From Eledone cirrhosa (Eukaryota), in NCBI GenBank assembly GCA_964016885.1, contig OZ024742.1:36208001-36272000 (forward strand): a stretch of 64,000 nt of DNA. Direction: 5' to 3'. The notes beneath the pieces were generated by a model. That model made no database searches. It worked only from the letters and a program-made list of their open reading frames with translations, and was not told where the DNA came from. Shown in pieces: positions 41,346 through 54,040 of this stretch. Within the stretch, counting starts at the first letter, position 1, and each line of letters starts with the position of its first letter. The translations under genes were made by a program, and so were the position numbers.

Positions 41346-44300
41346 GGTAACAAATAATAGTTATATGCAGTCCACTTAGGTGTGGTCCAGTTATGGAACT
41401 CCGGGTAGTGGATGATATCAACGCTTGGCTAAGTTTGACTCAACAAGGCGTTTCCATATTGATGCTGCGAGTACGCTGTAATTCCTATGCTGTAAACACT
41501 TGGAGTAATAATAAATCAGGAAAGAAGAGTGACACGATTTGCTATACAAAAAAGGTTAAACACCTTTTTGTATAGCAAACCGTATCACTCTTCTTTCCTG
41601 ATTTATTATTACTCCAAGTGTTTACAGCATAGGAATTACATTATATATAGTTATACTTGTGGAGGGTCATATTGTTGTAATATTGGCAGAAATAATAACA
41701 GAACGCACTCACTGTTTGGTTCGTTTTCGCTTCTGTATCTTTTATATCTCCATAGTTAATTTATTTGGAAATCAATGTTTATCATTGATTGACCAGCGGT
41801 TAAAAATACAGATATAAATATATATATATAGTCTATCAAAGTTCTTTCGTTGCACATCTGCAACATCATCAGTGGTACTATTATGTTTCCTCCTATTGTA
41901 TTGTAATGTCTACACCATTTTTATTTTATTTATTTATTTATTTATTCTTGTCTCTGTCTCTGCGCATGCGTGTGTTCGTGTTTGAGTGTATGTGTTTTTG
42001 TGTTTGTATTCTATCTTTGTTCACTAGTGTGTGTTTATATGTGTTTGTTGTTATTGTACTTGTGAATTTATTTATTTATTTATTTATATTTCCCTTAAGT
42101 TAGTATTGTTTGTTTGGGTATGGTTGTTGTTATTCCATTCATTTTTCTGTTTAACTTTGGTCTTCTTAGTTCTATCTCAGTTGCTTCTCTGATTTGCCTA
42201 CCTGTAGAGTAATTTCTATGCTTAGATATTATTTTAATTTCTATGTTGTCTATACTTAATTTCTATGTTGTCTAGTACTGAACCGTTTTATTTTTTTTTG
42301 TCATTTTAGTTCCCCCCAGTGTTGGTCTATTCTTTCTCCTATGCTTCAAGCTGTCTCAACTATGTATGTCGTTGTCATGTTTCTGCAAGTACCCTCTGTA
42401 TATCTTATGCTATAGACTACACTTCTAGCTTTACAGTTTATCTGGGGGTTCATTTTACATATAACACATTTCTTATTTGTACAGTGGGTTTTCTTAAAGG
42501 AGTATGTCTTGCTGATCAGGGATTTTATGGTAGTTCCTAGCTTTTCTACCACTTTAATCTTTAAATGGGTCTTTCTTGGGGGCCTTTCTACATTGGTTAG
42601 CTAATTTCTCTCCAGAGGTAGCATCCACGAACTTGACACTCTGGTATCTTTGGTTGTCGTACCATGAAGTGGCCTTCCCTATCTTATGTTTAGTCCTATC
42701 TAAGCTATTCCATGATTTGCTCCTGTATAATGAGAAAATTCCTTTCATATCGATTTCTATGAGGGTCTTATATTTCTCCGTGGCTCCTTTGTATACTCTG
42801 ATTCTGTCTCTTTCGTTGTAGCTAGAGAACTGCATGCGATTGAAGTGTTGGATGTGTCTTTCCATTTCAGTTGGATCGCACATGCGGGACACGTTCTTCA
42901 CTCTTGCCATGATCAGAATATTAAACTTAGCATTATTGGACATTGCTGAGATTTTGAGTATCAGGTATTTGGAGGCCATGGGTTTAGCGTAGTGTGAGTG
43001 GAGAATTTGGGCCCTCTCGTCTATAGTGTTTATCCAGAGTTCCGTGTCTAACACTGGTAGTCTATTGTTAGGGTGTTTAGAAGGGTAATCAACAGTTACA
43101 GTTATACTCTGGTGTATGGAGTTAACTATCAGCTGGATGCTCTCCATTGTGCTATTTTCTAATTCAGGTTTATTAGTACTCTCTTGTGGGGGTGTTCTTA
43201 TTACTATATTAATATCGCCTACGTAACGAGAGTACATGTGAGTTCTCTGAGTCTCCTCTCCCACCATACCGTAAATAGATTGGCAACATCGCCAGTTATG
43301 CTGACGCCAATGGCTGCTCCCTCATTCTGGTTCTAGATCTTCTCGTTAAATTTAAACATATGGCCCTTTAGGGTAGTTTTAAATACTAGCCCCTATTGCA
43401 TGTGCGCCCATTTTCTCACCTGATCATTGTTTTTGGGTGTCCGTATGGCTTTGGTCCATCCAATCCATCTTCCCATGGGAGTCTTTTTAGCCATTGAGGT
43501 TATGGTGGGGGGGGGGGAGTCTACCTCTTATAGGTCTACTGGGGCAGAAAACAGCTAAGGTCATGGTTATCTAGGTACTCGGTGCCATAAGTAAGTCTAA
43601 GTAGGAGGCCCAGTTCATCTGTGTCGACGTCGCAGAACTCCACTTCGCTCTCGCTGATTATTTCCACACATTTTTCCACAGCAAATTCAATGTTAATGGA
43701 TGGGTACAGAGATACTACATCCATAATGCCTATTATGCAGTTAGTTATGTTTTTGTTGTTGTTGCATTCATTGATTCTGCTGACGAGGTCTTCTGTGCTG
43801 TCACATATATCTGGGGAAATCTTAATTGTGGGGCGTATAACCATAGAGAGGAAGTAGGAGATCCTCTAGTTGCTAGCAATGTTGGCTCCGCATACTGGTC
43901 TTGTTGGTGATCCTGCTGTCGGGTTGTTGGTTGTCTTATGGTCTTTGCAGAGCCCATACAAGGGTGGTATGTAGCTGTTAGACGCTTGGAAGTTGTTGGC
44001 TGTGCATCTACTTGGCTTTAGAATGTCGGTCCACATCATCATGTGAGCGTTGAGGATCTTTTCTACCTCCTCATGTGTTTGTTGTGTTGTTTCGCTCGTG
44101 TTGATGATGTGGGGTTGCATAGCCTTGATATAGTTCGGCATGCTGTCTATTGACATCCTACCAGACGTATCTGTGGGTAGACACACTACCTCACCATCCC
44201 TTGTGCGCTACTTGAGGCTAAGTAGGCCTTCTACAAGTCTTCTTCCAAGTTGTTGAATCTCTGGTCAGCTTTGTCTCTTAGTATATTGGTCTTCTACCTG

Positions 44301-44470
44301 TCTAAGTTTATTTCTAGCTATGGTAAACTGTGCCTCTGTTTCGTCATCTATGTGTTGTGGTATACAAACTCTTTTATTAAAAGGTAATTTAGTGGGATAA
44401 ATTTTGTTCATCTTGTATGTTTTGTCAGCTGGGTTGAAGAACAGGTTCTCTAAGGGGTTGTCATTAAATC
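41150..44470 (-). mobile_element. Decayed Penelope-like element with 3' pLTR (hammerhead at ~41830-41880) and an inverted pLTR fragment at 41150-41270
   Basis: LPTDTSGR, PPLYGLCKDHK..TRPVC, MDVVSLYPSI, GAAIGVS, YSRYVGD, LPVLDTELW, HYAKPM, VVYSI..YIVETA. Hammerhead CA-CTGATGA-tGTTGCAgatgTGCAAC-GAAA-GAAC-TT-TG. Confidence 0.85.
41477..41640. repeat. Near-perfect hairpin (~78-bp arms)
   Basis: tgtaattcctatgctgtaaacacttggag... / ...ctccaagtgtttacagcataggaattaca. Confidence 0.9.
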
Positions 44471-44525
44471 TACCGTTATAGTTATGTGCACTATTATTAT
44501 TGTCATTATGGCTGTTGTTGATCCT

Positions 44526-44705
44526 TACACTGGGTAATTGTTGGCCTTGTGCCAAAAGTAGAAACAATTATTATTATTATTACGATCTGAGTTCAAATCC
44601 CGCCGAGGTTGACTTTGCCTTTCATCCTTACGGGGTCGATAAAATAAAGTACCAGTAATGCACTGAGTAATTGCTGGCCTTGTGCCTAAAGTAGAAACAA
44701 TTATT
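44526..44705 (+). mobile_element. 5'-truncated SINE with a duplicated tail
   Basis: B-box, core and tail are present. An extra tail lies at 44528-44570. Confidence 0.75.
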
Positions 44706-44869
44706 ATTATGATTGTTGAAAGTATTATTGTTGTTGTTGTTCTCTTCATTATTATTGTTGTTGTTACTGCTATTTCTACTATTGTGGTTGGTACCTGCGT
44801 TGTTACGTTTTTTGTTTTTGTTTTTTGTTTTTGTTGTGGTTATTGTTGTTCTTGTTCTTGTTGTTCTTG

Positions 44870-45345
44870 TTTTAGATCAATGATGTCTCGTATCTTTGTT
44901 CGATACACGATATATTTAACATAACCCCATAGAAAGAAGTCCAGGGGAGTGATATCTGGTGAAGGAGGTGACCAGGGAATTCGATCATCCTTTCCAATCC
45001 ACCGGTCTGGAAACGTTTGATTTAGGAACCCATGAAGAAGCAGTCCCCAAATGTGGTGGTGCAGCATCTTGCTGGAAAGTGATGGTTGGTTGAAGGTCAT
45101 CTAGTTGTGGTGCCACATATTCAGTCAAAAGGTCAAGGCAAACATTTGCAGTAATTGGACCAATGATTCGATTGCACATGATCCCACACCACACATTCAC
45201 CTTTGGACTATCTCGGTGAAGTTCCCTAGTCATATGGGGGTGTTCTGATCCCCAGATTCTCACATGTGTGTGTTCAGTTTCCCTGAAACATGAAAGGTTG
45301 CTTCATCACTAAAACAAACTCGGTCCATCTTTCTTCAACGAGACA
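44870..45345 (-). pseudogene. Tc1/mariner transposase fragment, DD41D (rosa)-like, frameshifted
   Basis: FSDEATFHVSG, RIWGSE, SPKVNVWCG, FQQDAAPPH, WSPPSPDITPLDFFLWGYVK. About 41 residues separate D2 and D3 after frame correction. Confidence 0.8.
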
Positions 45346-45469
45346 TCAATTACTGCAAATGTTTACCTTGACCTTTATGACGATCGGGACACGAACCTGC
45401 CTCGATATCTCATCTGATAATCGAATTTATATGTGCAAAAACACATTCCAATGGTTATTATGATTGTAC

Positions 45470-45645
45470 GGATTGGCAGTATCGGTAGAGGGTCTGACGC
45501 CATGCTTTGCAGCAAAAGGTTACGGCCCTTTATGGTCTAAGTTCAAATCTCGCCGAGGTCAACTTTGCCTTTCATCCTTACAGGTCGATAAAATAAAGTA
45601 CCAGTAATGTACTGGGATAATTGCTGGCCTTGTGCCAAAAGTAAA
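45470..45645 (+). mobile_element. tRNA-derived SINE
   Basis: A and B boxes, core and tail. Confidence 0.8.
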
Positions 45646-46294
45646 AAAAATGATTGTAGCCTATGCTGATCGGTACTATAACGATTGTAATATGCCAATA
45701 AATTTTATATAAATGGTGCAACATTGACTTCGATCCTATTTACTTTTATTTACGATCTGTACACTACAGCCACCTTAACCCTGAAATAAAATCAACATGG
45801 ACGGACAATTGTAACAGCTTTAGATGCTGCAAACAGCGAATCGCCTTTAACTGTGGTTACGGACTTACCTAATATGTATATATATATATCTACACACATA
45901 TATATATATGTGTGTGTGTGTCTGTGTCTGTGTCTTTGTGTGTGCGTGTGCGTGTGTGTATGTATGTGTGTGTGTGTGCGCGCGCGCGCGCATGTGAGGT
46001 GTGTAACGAAGCTAGGCAGACATATTTGAACTTTTGTTCCCTAGTTGGCTAAATAAGTCATTGCGACCACTCACGCTGACCTTTGGCCTCAGATATTTAC
46101 TTATTTTGTTTTCGGAGTCGTGACACCAAGTCATCTAGAGGAATTGTTTTCTCGAGGCCATCGGCTTATCGTCAAGGGTAACAGACCTCTTATAAATATT
46201 CTCGTCTCGGCTGTCTTATTGAATTTAGCACTGACGGTGAATATCGCTGAATATTAATATCGATGTAGTTTTTTATATTGATATTGCTTGGGCA

Positions 46295-46407
46295 TTCCAC
46301 TGAAGAGTTATAAGAGCCCACTTGCACGTAAATCTGTTGATCATATGCAAGCTTCTACATAACTTGGACATTTTTCTCCCACCTTGTAATGAAACGATCG
46401 TATGGAA
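46295..46407 (+). ncRNA. Type I hammerhead with a 68-nt insert in loop II
   Basis: TTCCA-CTGAAGA-GTTATAAG-(68 nt)-CTTGTAAT-GAAA-CGATCG-TA-TGGAA. Confidence 0.75.
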
Positions 46408-46519
46408 AGTGAGATTTATTTAATTATGTCTCATATAAAATAATACAGCCGACTATCCACATAATACAATATAGTTAGCACCCCAAACGTATAATTGGGA
46501 ATATACTTAGGTTATTGGC

Positions 46520-46857
46520 GATACTGCCAATCCGTACAATCATAATAACCATTGGAATGTGTTTTTGCACATATAAATTCGATTATCAGATGAGATATCG
46601 AGGCAGGTTCGTGTCCCAATCGTCATGAAGGTCAAGGTAAACATTTGCAGTAATTGATGTCTCGTTGAAGAAAAATGGACCGAGTTTGTTTTAGTGATGA
46701 AGCAACCTTTCATGTTTCAGGGAAACTGAACACACACATGTGAGAATCTGGGGATCAGAACACCCCATGTGACTAGGGAACTTCACCGAGATAGTCCAAA
46801 GGTGAATGTGTGGTGTGGGATCATGTGCAATCGAATCATTGGTCCAATTACTGCAAG
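46520..46857 (+). repeat. Inverted duplicate of ~45146-45484 (transposase fragment plus SINE start)
   Basis: Near-identical reverse complement. Confidence 0.88.
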
Positions 46858-47118
46858 TGAGATGGGAGTTGGTCGGAGTATCGCTAATAGCTTTCTCTGT
46901 TAATGTATTAAGTGTATATATATATATATGTGTGTGTGTGGGTGTTTGGGTGGGTGTGTGTGTAGTTCAAAAGCGGACATACACAAAGATACAATAACAA
47001 TAGTGGTATTAGTTTCAAGCTTGAAACAGAGGAAAATAAAAGTTCAACATATCGGATATTAATCCTTCTTCGGGAGCACAGGAAACTCAAACATTAAGTT
47101 CAGAAAATTCTATATTAT

Positions 47119-47282
47119 AGAAGGTCGGACGCCATGCTTTGCAGCAAAGAGTTACGGCTCTTTATGGTCTGAGTTCAAATCCTGCCGAGGTTAACTTTGC
47201 CTTTCGTCCTTACGGGGTCGATAAAATAAAGTACCAGTAATACACTGATTTAATTGCTGGCCTTGTGCCAAAATTAGAAACG
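47119..47282 (+). mobile_element. tRNA-derived SINE (A-box missing)
   Basis: B-box, core and tail. Confidence 0.8.
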
Positions 47283-47394
47283 AATATATATATATAGTCA
47301 GTTTGTATCTAGTATGACGGTACGCAGAGAGAAATTGATTGCTGCGGAAATTGTTAAGTGAGCTAAATATGAGCCTATATATTGAGAGGAGGGG

Positions 47395-47499
<105 letters not shown>

Positions 47500-47644
47500 C
47501 ACATATTGGTGTCATCTTCATAAATATCACTTTTGTATTGTGTACTTGTTTACAGCATTGCAGGAATTCCATGCTAATGTTTCTACTTGTTGATAGATAA
47601 GTACAGAATTTCATACACACCGAGATATGTACGTAAAAACAGTC

Positions 47645-47677
47645 TATACACACACATACACACACATACACACACAT

Positions 47678-47710
<33 letters not shown>

Positions 47711-47793
47711 CTTATATAAAAATATTTATGTGTAGACATACATACTTGCTATTCAGGATTTTGCTGAGGTGTCAAATATTTATTTATATATAT

Positions 47794-47852
<59 letters not shown>

Positions 47853-48020
47853 ACTCATACATATATTTATATATATATATGTATATATATATATGTATGA
47901 ATGTATATATATATATATATATAATTATATATATATAATTATATATATATATATATATGTATTATATATATATATATATTTGTTATATATATTTATAATA
48001 TATATATAATATGTATATAA

Positions 48021-48053
<33 letters not shown>

Positions 48054-48219
48054 TATAATTATATATATATTTATATATATATATACATATATTTATATTA
48101 TAAATTATATATATTTATAATATATATATATACATATTATATTCATATTATAAATATATAAAATACATATATATAATACATATTATATATATATATATAT
48201 AATTATATATATATACATA

Positions 48220-48298
<79 letters not shown>

Positions 48299-48379
48299 AT
48301 ATATGTATATATATAATTATATGTATAATATGTATTATATATATATATATGTATTATATATATTTATAATATAAATATA

Positions 48380-48442
<63 letters not shown>

Positions 48443-48450
48443 GTATATAT
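47645..48450. repeat. (CA)n and long degenerate (TA)n low-complexity tract
   Basis: Read directly. Confidence 0.92.
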
Positions 48451-48579
48451 AGTTATGTAATAAACAACATAAGATAATTATTTCATTTACCAGTAGTTTC
48501 TTGAAGACAGACATAAATATGTCTTCAAGAAACCACTGGTAAATGAAATAATTATCTTATGTTGTTTATTACATAACTA
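48450..48579. repeat. Near-perfect hairpin containing a hammerhead 3' half (GAAA-CCACTGG-TA)
   Basis: tagttatgtaataaac..ttcttgaagac / gtcttcaagaa..gtttattacataacta. Confidence 0.85.
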
Positions 48580-49053
48580 AAAAGCTCTGTAGCCTACATA
48601 GAGCACTTTCTTTTCCTTTACCCTTCCTAGAAATACTTCATTTATATCTAGTCAATTTCTACGGGCTAAAAGAAATAATTAAATAAATGTCATATGACTG
48701 TGCATCGCGGAAGATAGTCTGTGTCATTTGTCTATTATTTCTTCATAATTACATTTTAAACTTATGGCCTCGTTTAAATGATTTTTTATGTGGTTAATTT
48801 ATACGGAATGGGAGAAGAAATATTGTATATATCTTATCTAATAGTTCTTCAGACTTGCATTTATATATATATTTATATATATATATAAGTATGTACACGT
48901 ACATACATATATGTATACAGACGTACAATAGTATGTATATATATGTACATACTACTGTACGTCTGTATACATATATGTATGTACGTGTACATACCTATAT
49001 TTAAGTAACAGCCGTACTAAGAGTGGGAAATGAAATTTCGTTTCATTTTTTCC

Positions 49054-49088
<35 letters not shown>

Positions 49089-49322
49089 TATATATACGTG
49101 TAATAAATATATATGTGTATGTGTGTGCACGCGCGCGTGTGTGTGTGTGCATGTGTGTGTGTATCTGTATATGTACTTGATGTTGTTGCATATCTTAGAT
49201 GCATATGTTTGTTTATTCAAAATATTCTCACCTGTTGTTTTGCAACTGAAGAGAGACAAGCTGGATTAAGACCTCCAGCACATTCACACACAGTTATATA
49301 TTTGTAAATATATTTAGACATG

Positions 49323-49672
49323 ATCTGAGTTCAAATCCCGCCGAGGTTAACTTTGCCTTTCATCCTTACGGGGTCGATAAAATAAAGTACCAGTAATGTA
49401 CTGGATATTTACTGGCCTTGTGCCTAAAAATAGAAACAATTATTACCCACTAAGGTGGATTGGCAGTATCGGTAGAGGGTCGGACGCCATCCTTTGCAGC
49501 ATAGAGTTACGGCCCTTTATTCTCTGAGTTCAAATCTCGCCGAGGTGAGTTTTGCCTTTCATCCGCATGAGGTCGATAAACTAAAGTACCAGTAATGCAC
49601 TGGTGTCGATTTAATCGACTTTCCCCTCCCCCGCAAAATATTTTGGCTTTGTGCCTAAAACAGAAACCATTA
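49323..49672 (+). mobile_element. Two tandem SINE copies (first 5'-truncated)
   Basis: Two B-box/core/tail units. Confidence 0.82.
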
Positions 49673-50282
49673 TTATACAGACACACACACATATTTATGT
49701 ATATATATATATAACATCGGTCCAAGGTCACAAATGTATATATATATATATATATATATGTAGATAAATCTACCAAGAGTTTACGGTATTTATATATATA
49801 TATTTCGTTTCTGAATTTGTTTAGCAAGATTCTTTATCTGAAATCGTGTGTTGAAACCGATATTGTTATACTTTGGGAGGATCATGTTGCCAATAAGAAA
49901 TACACGCACCAGTTGCTTTCACTTCAATTTATTATAATAAATTTATTTGCTGGATGTTTTCCATTGTGTTTTTCTCTAGTTCCTGACTGTTCTCTAGTGG
50001 GGGTGTCTTAACTACGATGTTTATATCATCAACGTAGCGGGAGTACATTATCAGGGTTAAGGGGTCTTCTAATTGTTCTTTAAGTTTAAGTTTAAGTCTA
50101 CTGTCCCACCATACCATGAATAAGTTAGCTATGTCGCCTGCAATGCTAACACCAATGTCTGCTCCTTCCTCTTGGGCATATGTTTTTCCATTAAATTTGA
50201 ACATATGTTCCTTAAGGGTTAGTTTTATGCTGCATGTGCACATGCGGTAGGGCCCAGCATAAAACTAACCCTTAAGGAACAT

Positions 50283-51416
50283 ATGTTCAAATTTAATGGA
50301 AAAACATATGCCCAGGAGGAAGGAGCAGCCATTGGTGTTAGCATTGCAGGCGACATAGCTAACTTATTCATGCAAATAGCTAACTCCATCCACCAGAGCA
50401 TTAGAGTTACTATAGACTACCCAAGTAAACACCCCAACCATCGATTACCTGTACTAGACACAGAGCTCTGGTTAGATACCATTAATAACAAAAAACAAAT
50501 CCTCCATTCCCATTATGCCAAACCCATGACTTTCAAACATCTGATCCACCGAAACTCGGCCGTTTCGGACCATACCAAAATCAACATACTGATTGCGGAT
50601 TTGGTACGGGTGATGAGAAACGTGTCCCGCATGTGCAACCCCGAAGAACTAGAGAGACACATACAACACTTCATCCACCGTATGCAGTTCTCTGGCTACA
50701 ATCAGAGAGATAAAATCAGAGTGTATAGAGGAGCCAGAACTAAATGGGAAAAAATGGTAAATAATGACATAAATGGGACCTGCCCCTTGTATAGGAGCAA
50801 ATTTTGGAATAGAATAGAAAGAACTAGGAACAAGGCTAATAGAATAAACTCATGGTATGATAGCAATAAATACCAGAGTGTAATGTTCATCGATACAACC
50901 CCTAGAGGTGAATTAGCTTACAAATTTAGAAGGGCCCTAAATAAACATAAACTCAATATTAAGATAGTAGAAAGACCAGGTACCTCTGTAAAAACACTTA
51001 TTAGCAAGATATACCCTTTCCAAAGACCCTCATGTATAGATAAGAAATGTATAACCTGTAAAATAAGCCCCCATATTAACTGTAAAACTAGAAATGTAGT
51101 GTATAGCATAAGATGTACTGAAGGACAATGTAGAGACAAAAATATAGTGTACATAGGTGAGACAGCTCGTAGTGTAGGGGAACGGATAAATGAACACTGG
51201 CGAGACCTTCAAGATAGTAAAGAATCATCTGTACTCTACCAACATGCTAAAATAGAACACAAGGGTAAATTAGAGAACATAGAAATAAAAATAGAATCTA
51301 CACACAGAAAAGATGCAATGTTTAGACAAATTACAGAGGCAATAAACATAAAAGAATTACAACCAAAATTAAATAGAAAATATGAGTGGAACAGCAACAT
51401 CACAACTTACAATTAA
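50283..51416 (+). CDS. PLE RT C-terminal half + GIY-YIG endonuclease (377 aa; YVDD segment deleted in frame)
   Basis: YAQEEGAAIG, LPVLDTELW, HYAKPM, RMQFSGY, C..KCITC, NVVYSIRC..C..YIGETARS..ERINEH, RQITEAINI..PKLNRKYEW. Confidence 0.85.
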   Translation: MFKFNGKTYAQEEGAAIGVSIAGDIANLFMQIANSIHQSIRVTIDYPSKHPNHRLPVLDTELWLDTINNKKQILHSHYAKPMTFKHLIHRNSAVSDHTKINILIADLVRVMRNVSRMCNPEELERHIQHFIHRMQFSGYNQRDKIRVYRGARTKWEKMVNNDINGTCPLYRSKFWNRIERTRNKANRINSWYDSNKYQSVMFIDTTPRGELAYKFRRALNKHKLNIKIVERPGTSVKTLISKIYPFQRPSCIDKKCITCKISPHINCKTRNVVYSIRCTEGQCRDKNIVYIGETARSVGERINEHWRDLQDSKESSVLYQHAKIEHKGKLENIEIKIESTHRKDAMFRQITEAINIKELQPKLNRKYEWNSNITTYN

Positions 51417-51616
51417 GGACAAAATGAAAACACACACACACATAGAACAAACAACCAACCAGTAACATGTAAATAAACAAATAAATAAATGAACATAAAC
51501 ACACACAGACACCCGGATGTGGCACATGCGCAGACTGAGCACACAACACACACACAGAAACAAAATGGCGTAGGACAGAACAAAGGAGAGGCACAGAAAC
51601 AAAGAAAGGAATCCCC

Positions 51617-51661
51617 AGTCACTGAAGAGGTCACAGAGTGTGTGACGAAAGAACTATGACT
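51617..51661 (+). ncRNA. Minimal hammerhead in a PLE pLTR
   Basis: AGTCA-CTGAAGA-gGTCACagagtgtGTGAC-GAAA-GAAC-TA-TGACT. Confidence 0.7.
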
Positions 51662-51809
51662 ATATATAAACAACTATCTGGTTGTGGAACCAACCAACCA
51701 ACCAGAAATTTATAAATTTATAAATTTATTATAAATTTATTATAATAAATTGAAGTGAAAGCAACTGGTGCGTGTGTTTCTTATTGGCAACATGACCCTC
51801 CCAAAGTAT

Positions 51810-51975
<166 letters not shown>

Positions 51976-52628
51976 TATATATATATATATATATTGAGAA
52001 TGAGACTCTGTCTTGTAAATAATTAATAGTACAATGAATGTGAATTGTTACATGTAAACAGATAGATAGATAGGCATGTATGTATGTTTCTAGGTTGATA
52101 GATCAGATGACAGACAGCTAAACAGACAGGCTATGGCAAAGCAACCCAAAGAACTATGTTAGTAAACATTAGAGTTATCTTATCAATGAGTACAAGGTAA
52201 ATAGAAACAAAGAGCAACGCCAACAATTAAGACCACCACAACAACACCAATATATTACGATTTAAACACAAAAATAGTTACGCTATTAACATCGTAACCC
52301 ATACTTCCTTTCCTTATATGGTCCTTTAATACGTTTGTTTGTTATACTTCTTTTATATTTCTCACTTTCTTTTTTTTTTTTTTTGCTAAAAAACTTTTTC
52401 AATCCAAAATACCCTCGTTGGTACAATTCTGAATAATATCTCCTTTATTTTCGCCGTGTTGCATGGGCCCCCATTTGCTCACAATAGCGAGAGATTGGGA
52501 GAGCAAAAGTGACGGAGGCGTTGTCAGTTCATTTTAATTTACCTTTTTAATTATAATGTATCTACCTCACCTTTCTTAGTTTATAAGTTCCATACGCTAG
52601 TGGTATTCCCTGTAACTTGATAAACACA

Positions 52629-52735
52629 CACTCTCTCTCGTGTCTTTTCTTCTCTATATTATATTTGAAGAGCCCAGGATTCTTTTTCCTGGGCTCTTCA
52701 AATATAATATAGAGAAGAAAACACACGAGAGAGGG
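52629..52735. repeat. Near-perfect hairpin (~50-bp arms)
   Basis: ttttcttctctatattatatttgaagagcccagga / tcctgggctcttcaaatataatatagagaagaaaa. Confidence 0.88.
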
Positions 52736-52854
52736 TGCGGACGATATTTGTTCGCAGGATTACTGTCTAGGAAAAAGTAACACCGTAGTTTTATTTTTTA
52801 AGATATATTTATCAAACTTGGGTCAGTTTGTCTTCATGACTTGTTCTTTCGATC

Positions 52855-53690
52855 TCACTCGATAAACCCGCCATTGCTTTTGATGACGGCCTCAAGGCGG
52901 CCTCGGAACCGGCTACAGGCCTTCGTCACTGTCCCCCGACTTAGGCCCCTAAAGGCACTTGTGATCCTGGCCTTCAGATCGTCTTTCGTATTGCAGCTAG
53001 ATCTGTTGGTGTCTCGTTCCACTGCGCCCCACACAAAGAAGTCGAGGGGGTTGCAGTCAGGCGAGCTGCGAGGCCAGATGTCAGGTGAAGTGTAGTCGAC
53101 AAAGTTCTCTGACAGCCAGGCTTCGGTCTTTCGGCTGGTATGGCAGGGCGCTGAGCCTTGCTGCCACACGTACGGCCTACCTGCAGCTACCTGGTCGATC
53201 CAGGGCTTTACTACCTCGCTCAGAACGCGGATGTAGCCATCGGTGTTCAGCTTGAGGCTCTCAGGGAAGAAGTGAGGTGGCATGACGTCACCTTGACTGC
53301 TGACGACACCTAAGACCAATGTTGTCGCTGGAAACTTTGTCTGCATGACTCTGGGCAGGTCTTTGGCTGAGACAGCGAGCCACCTGTTGTTCTGGGAGTT
53401 GATCTTCTGGTCTTGGCAGAAGTTTTTCTCGTCGGAGAAAAACCACAGCATGTCTGGCTCCAGTGGGTGTTTCAACTTGTTGATCAACTTCTTTGCGTGC
53501 TTCAGTCGCTTTTCTTGCATCGCCTTTGACAGAAATTGTCCTTTCCTCATCTTGTATGAAACGTAGCGAATGTCTTCATGTACCACCAGCCTAATGAGCC
53601 TTCCATCCACGCCTTTCTCCCTTGCAATGGCACGCATCAACTTGCTAGGTTCATTGTTGATGATATCCTGAACTTCAGCGACGAACTCCC
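52855..53690 (-). pseudogene. Tc1/mariner DD37D (maT-like) transposase, N-truncated, second catalytic D changed to G
   Basis: WFFSDEKNF, WQQGSAPCH (QQD expected), WPRSSPDCNPLDFFVW. 37 residues lie between the D2 position and D3. Confidence 0.88.
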
Positions 53691-54040
53691 CTGCAAAGTG
53701 GCCGTGGAGGTGCCACGGCAAAAAAACACCCAGCACTCACTGTAAAGTGGCCGTGGAGGTGCCACGGCAAAAAAGCACCCAGCACTCACTGTAAAGTGGT
53801 CGTGGAGGTGCCACGGTAAAAAAGCACCCAGCACTCACTGTAAAGTGGCCGTGGAGGTGCCACGGCAAAAAAGCACCCAGCCCACACTGTAAAGTGGCCG
53901 TGGAGGTGCCACGGCAAAAAAGCACCCAGCACTCACTGTAAAGTGGCCGTGGAGGTGCCACGGTAAAAAAGCACCCAGCCCACACTGTAAAGTGGTCGTG
54001 GAGGTGCCACGGTAAAAAAGCACCCAGCCCTCACTGTAAA
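53691..54040 (+). repeat. 49-bp minisatellite, ~7 units, each with a CCGTGG/CCACGG hairpin
   Basis: Unit ctgtaaagtggccgtggaggtgccacggcaaaaaagcacccagcactca. Confidence 0.93.

Noticed and set aside
53691-54040. CRISPR-like array of hairpin repeats
   Set aside because: The units are contiguous with no unique spacers, there are no cas genes, and the context is eukaryotic.
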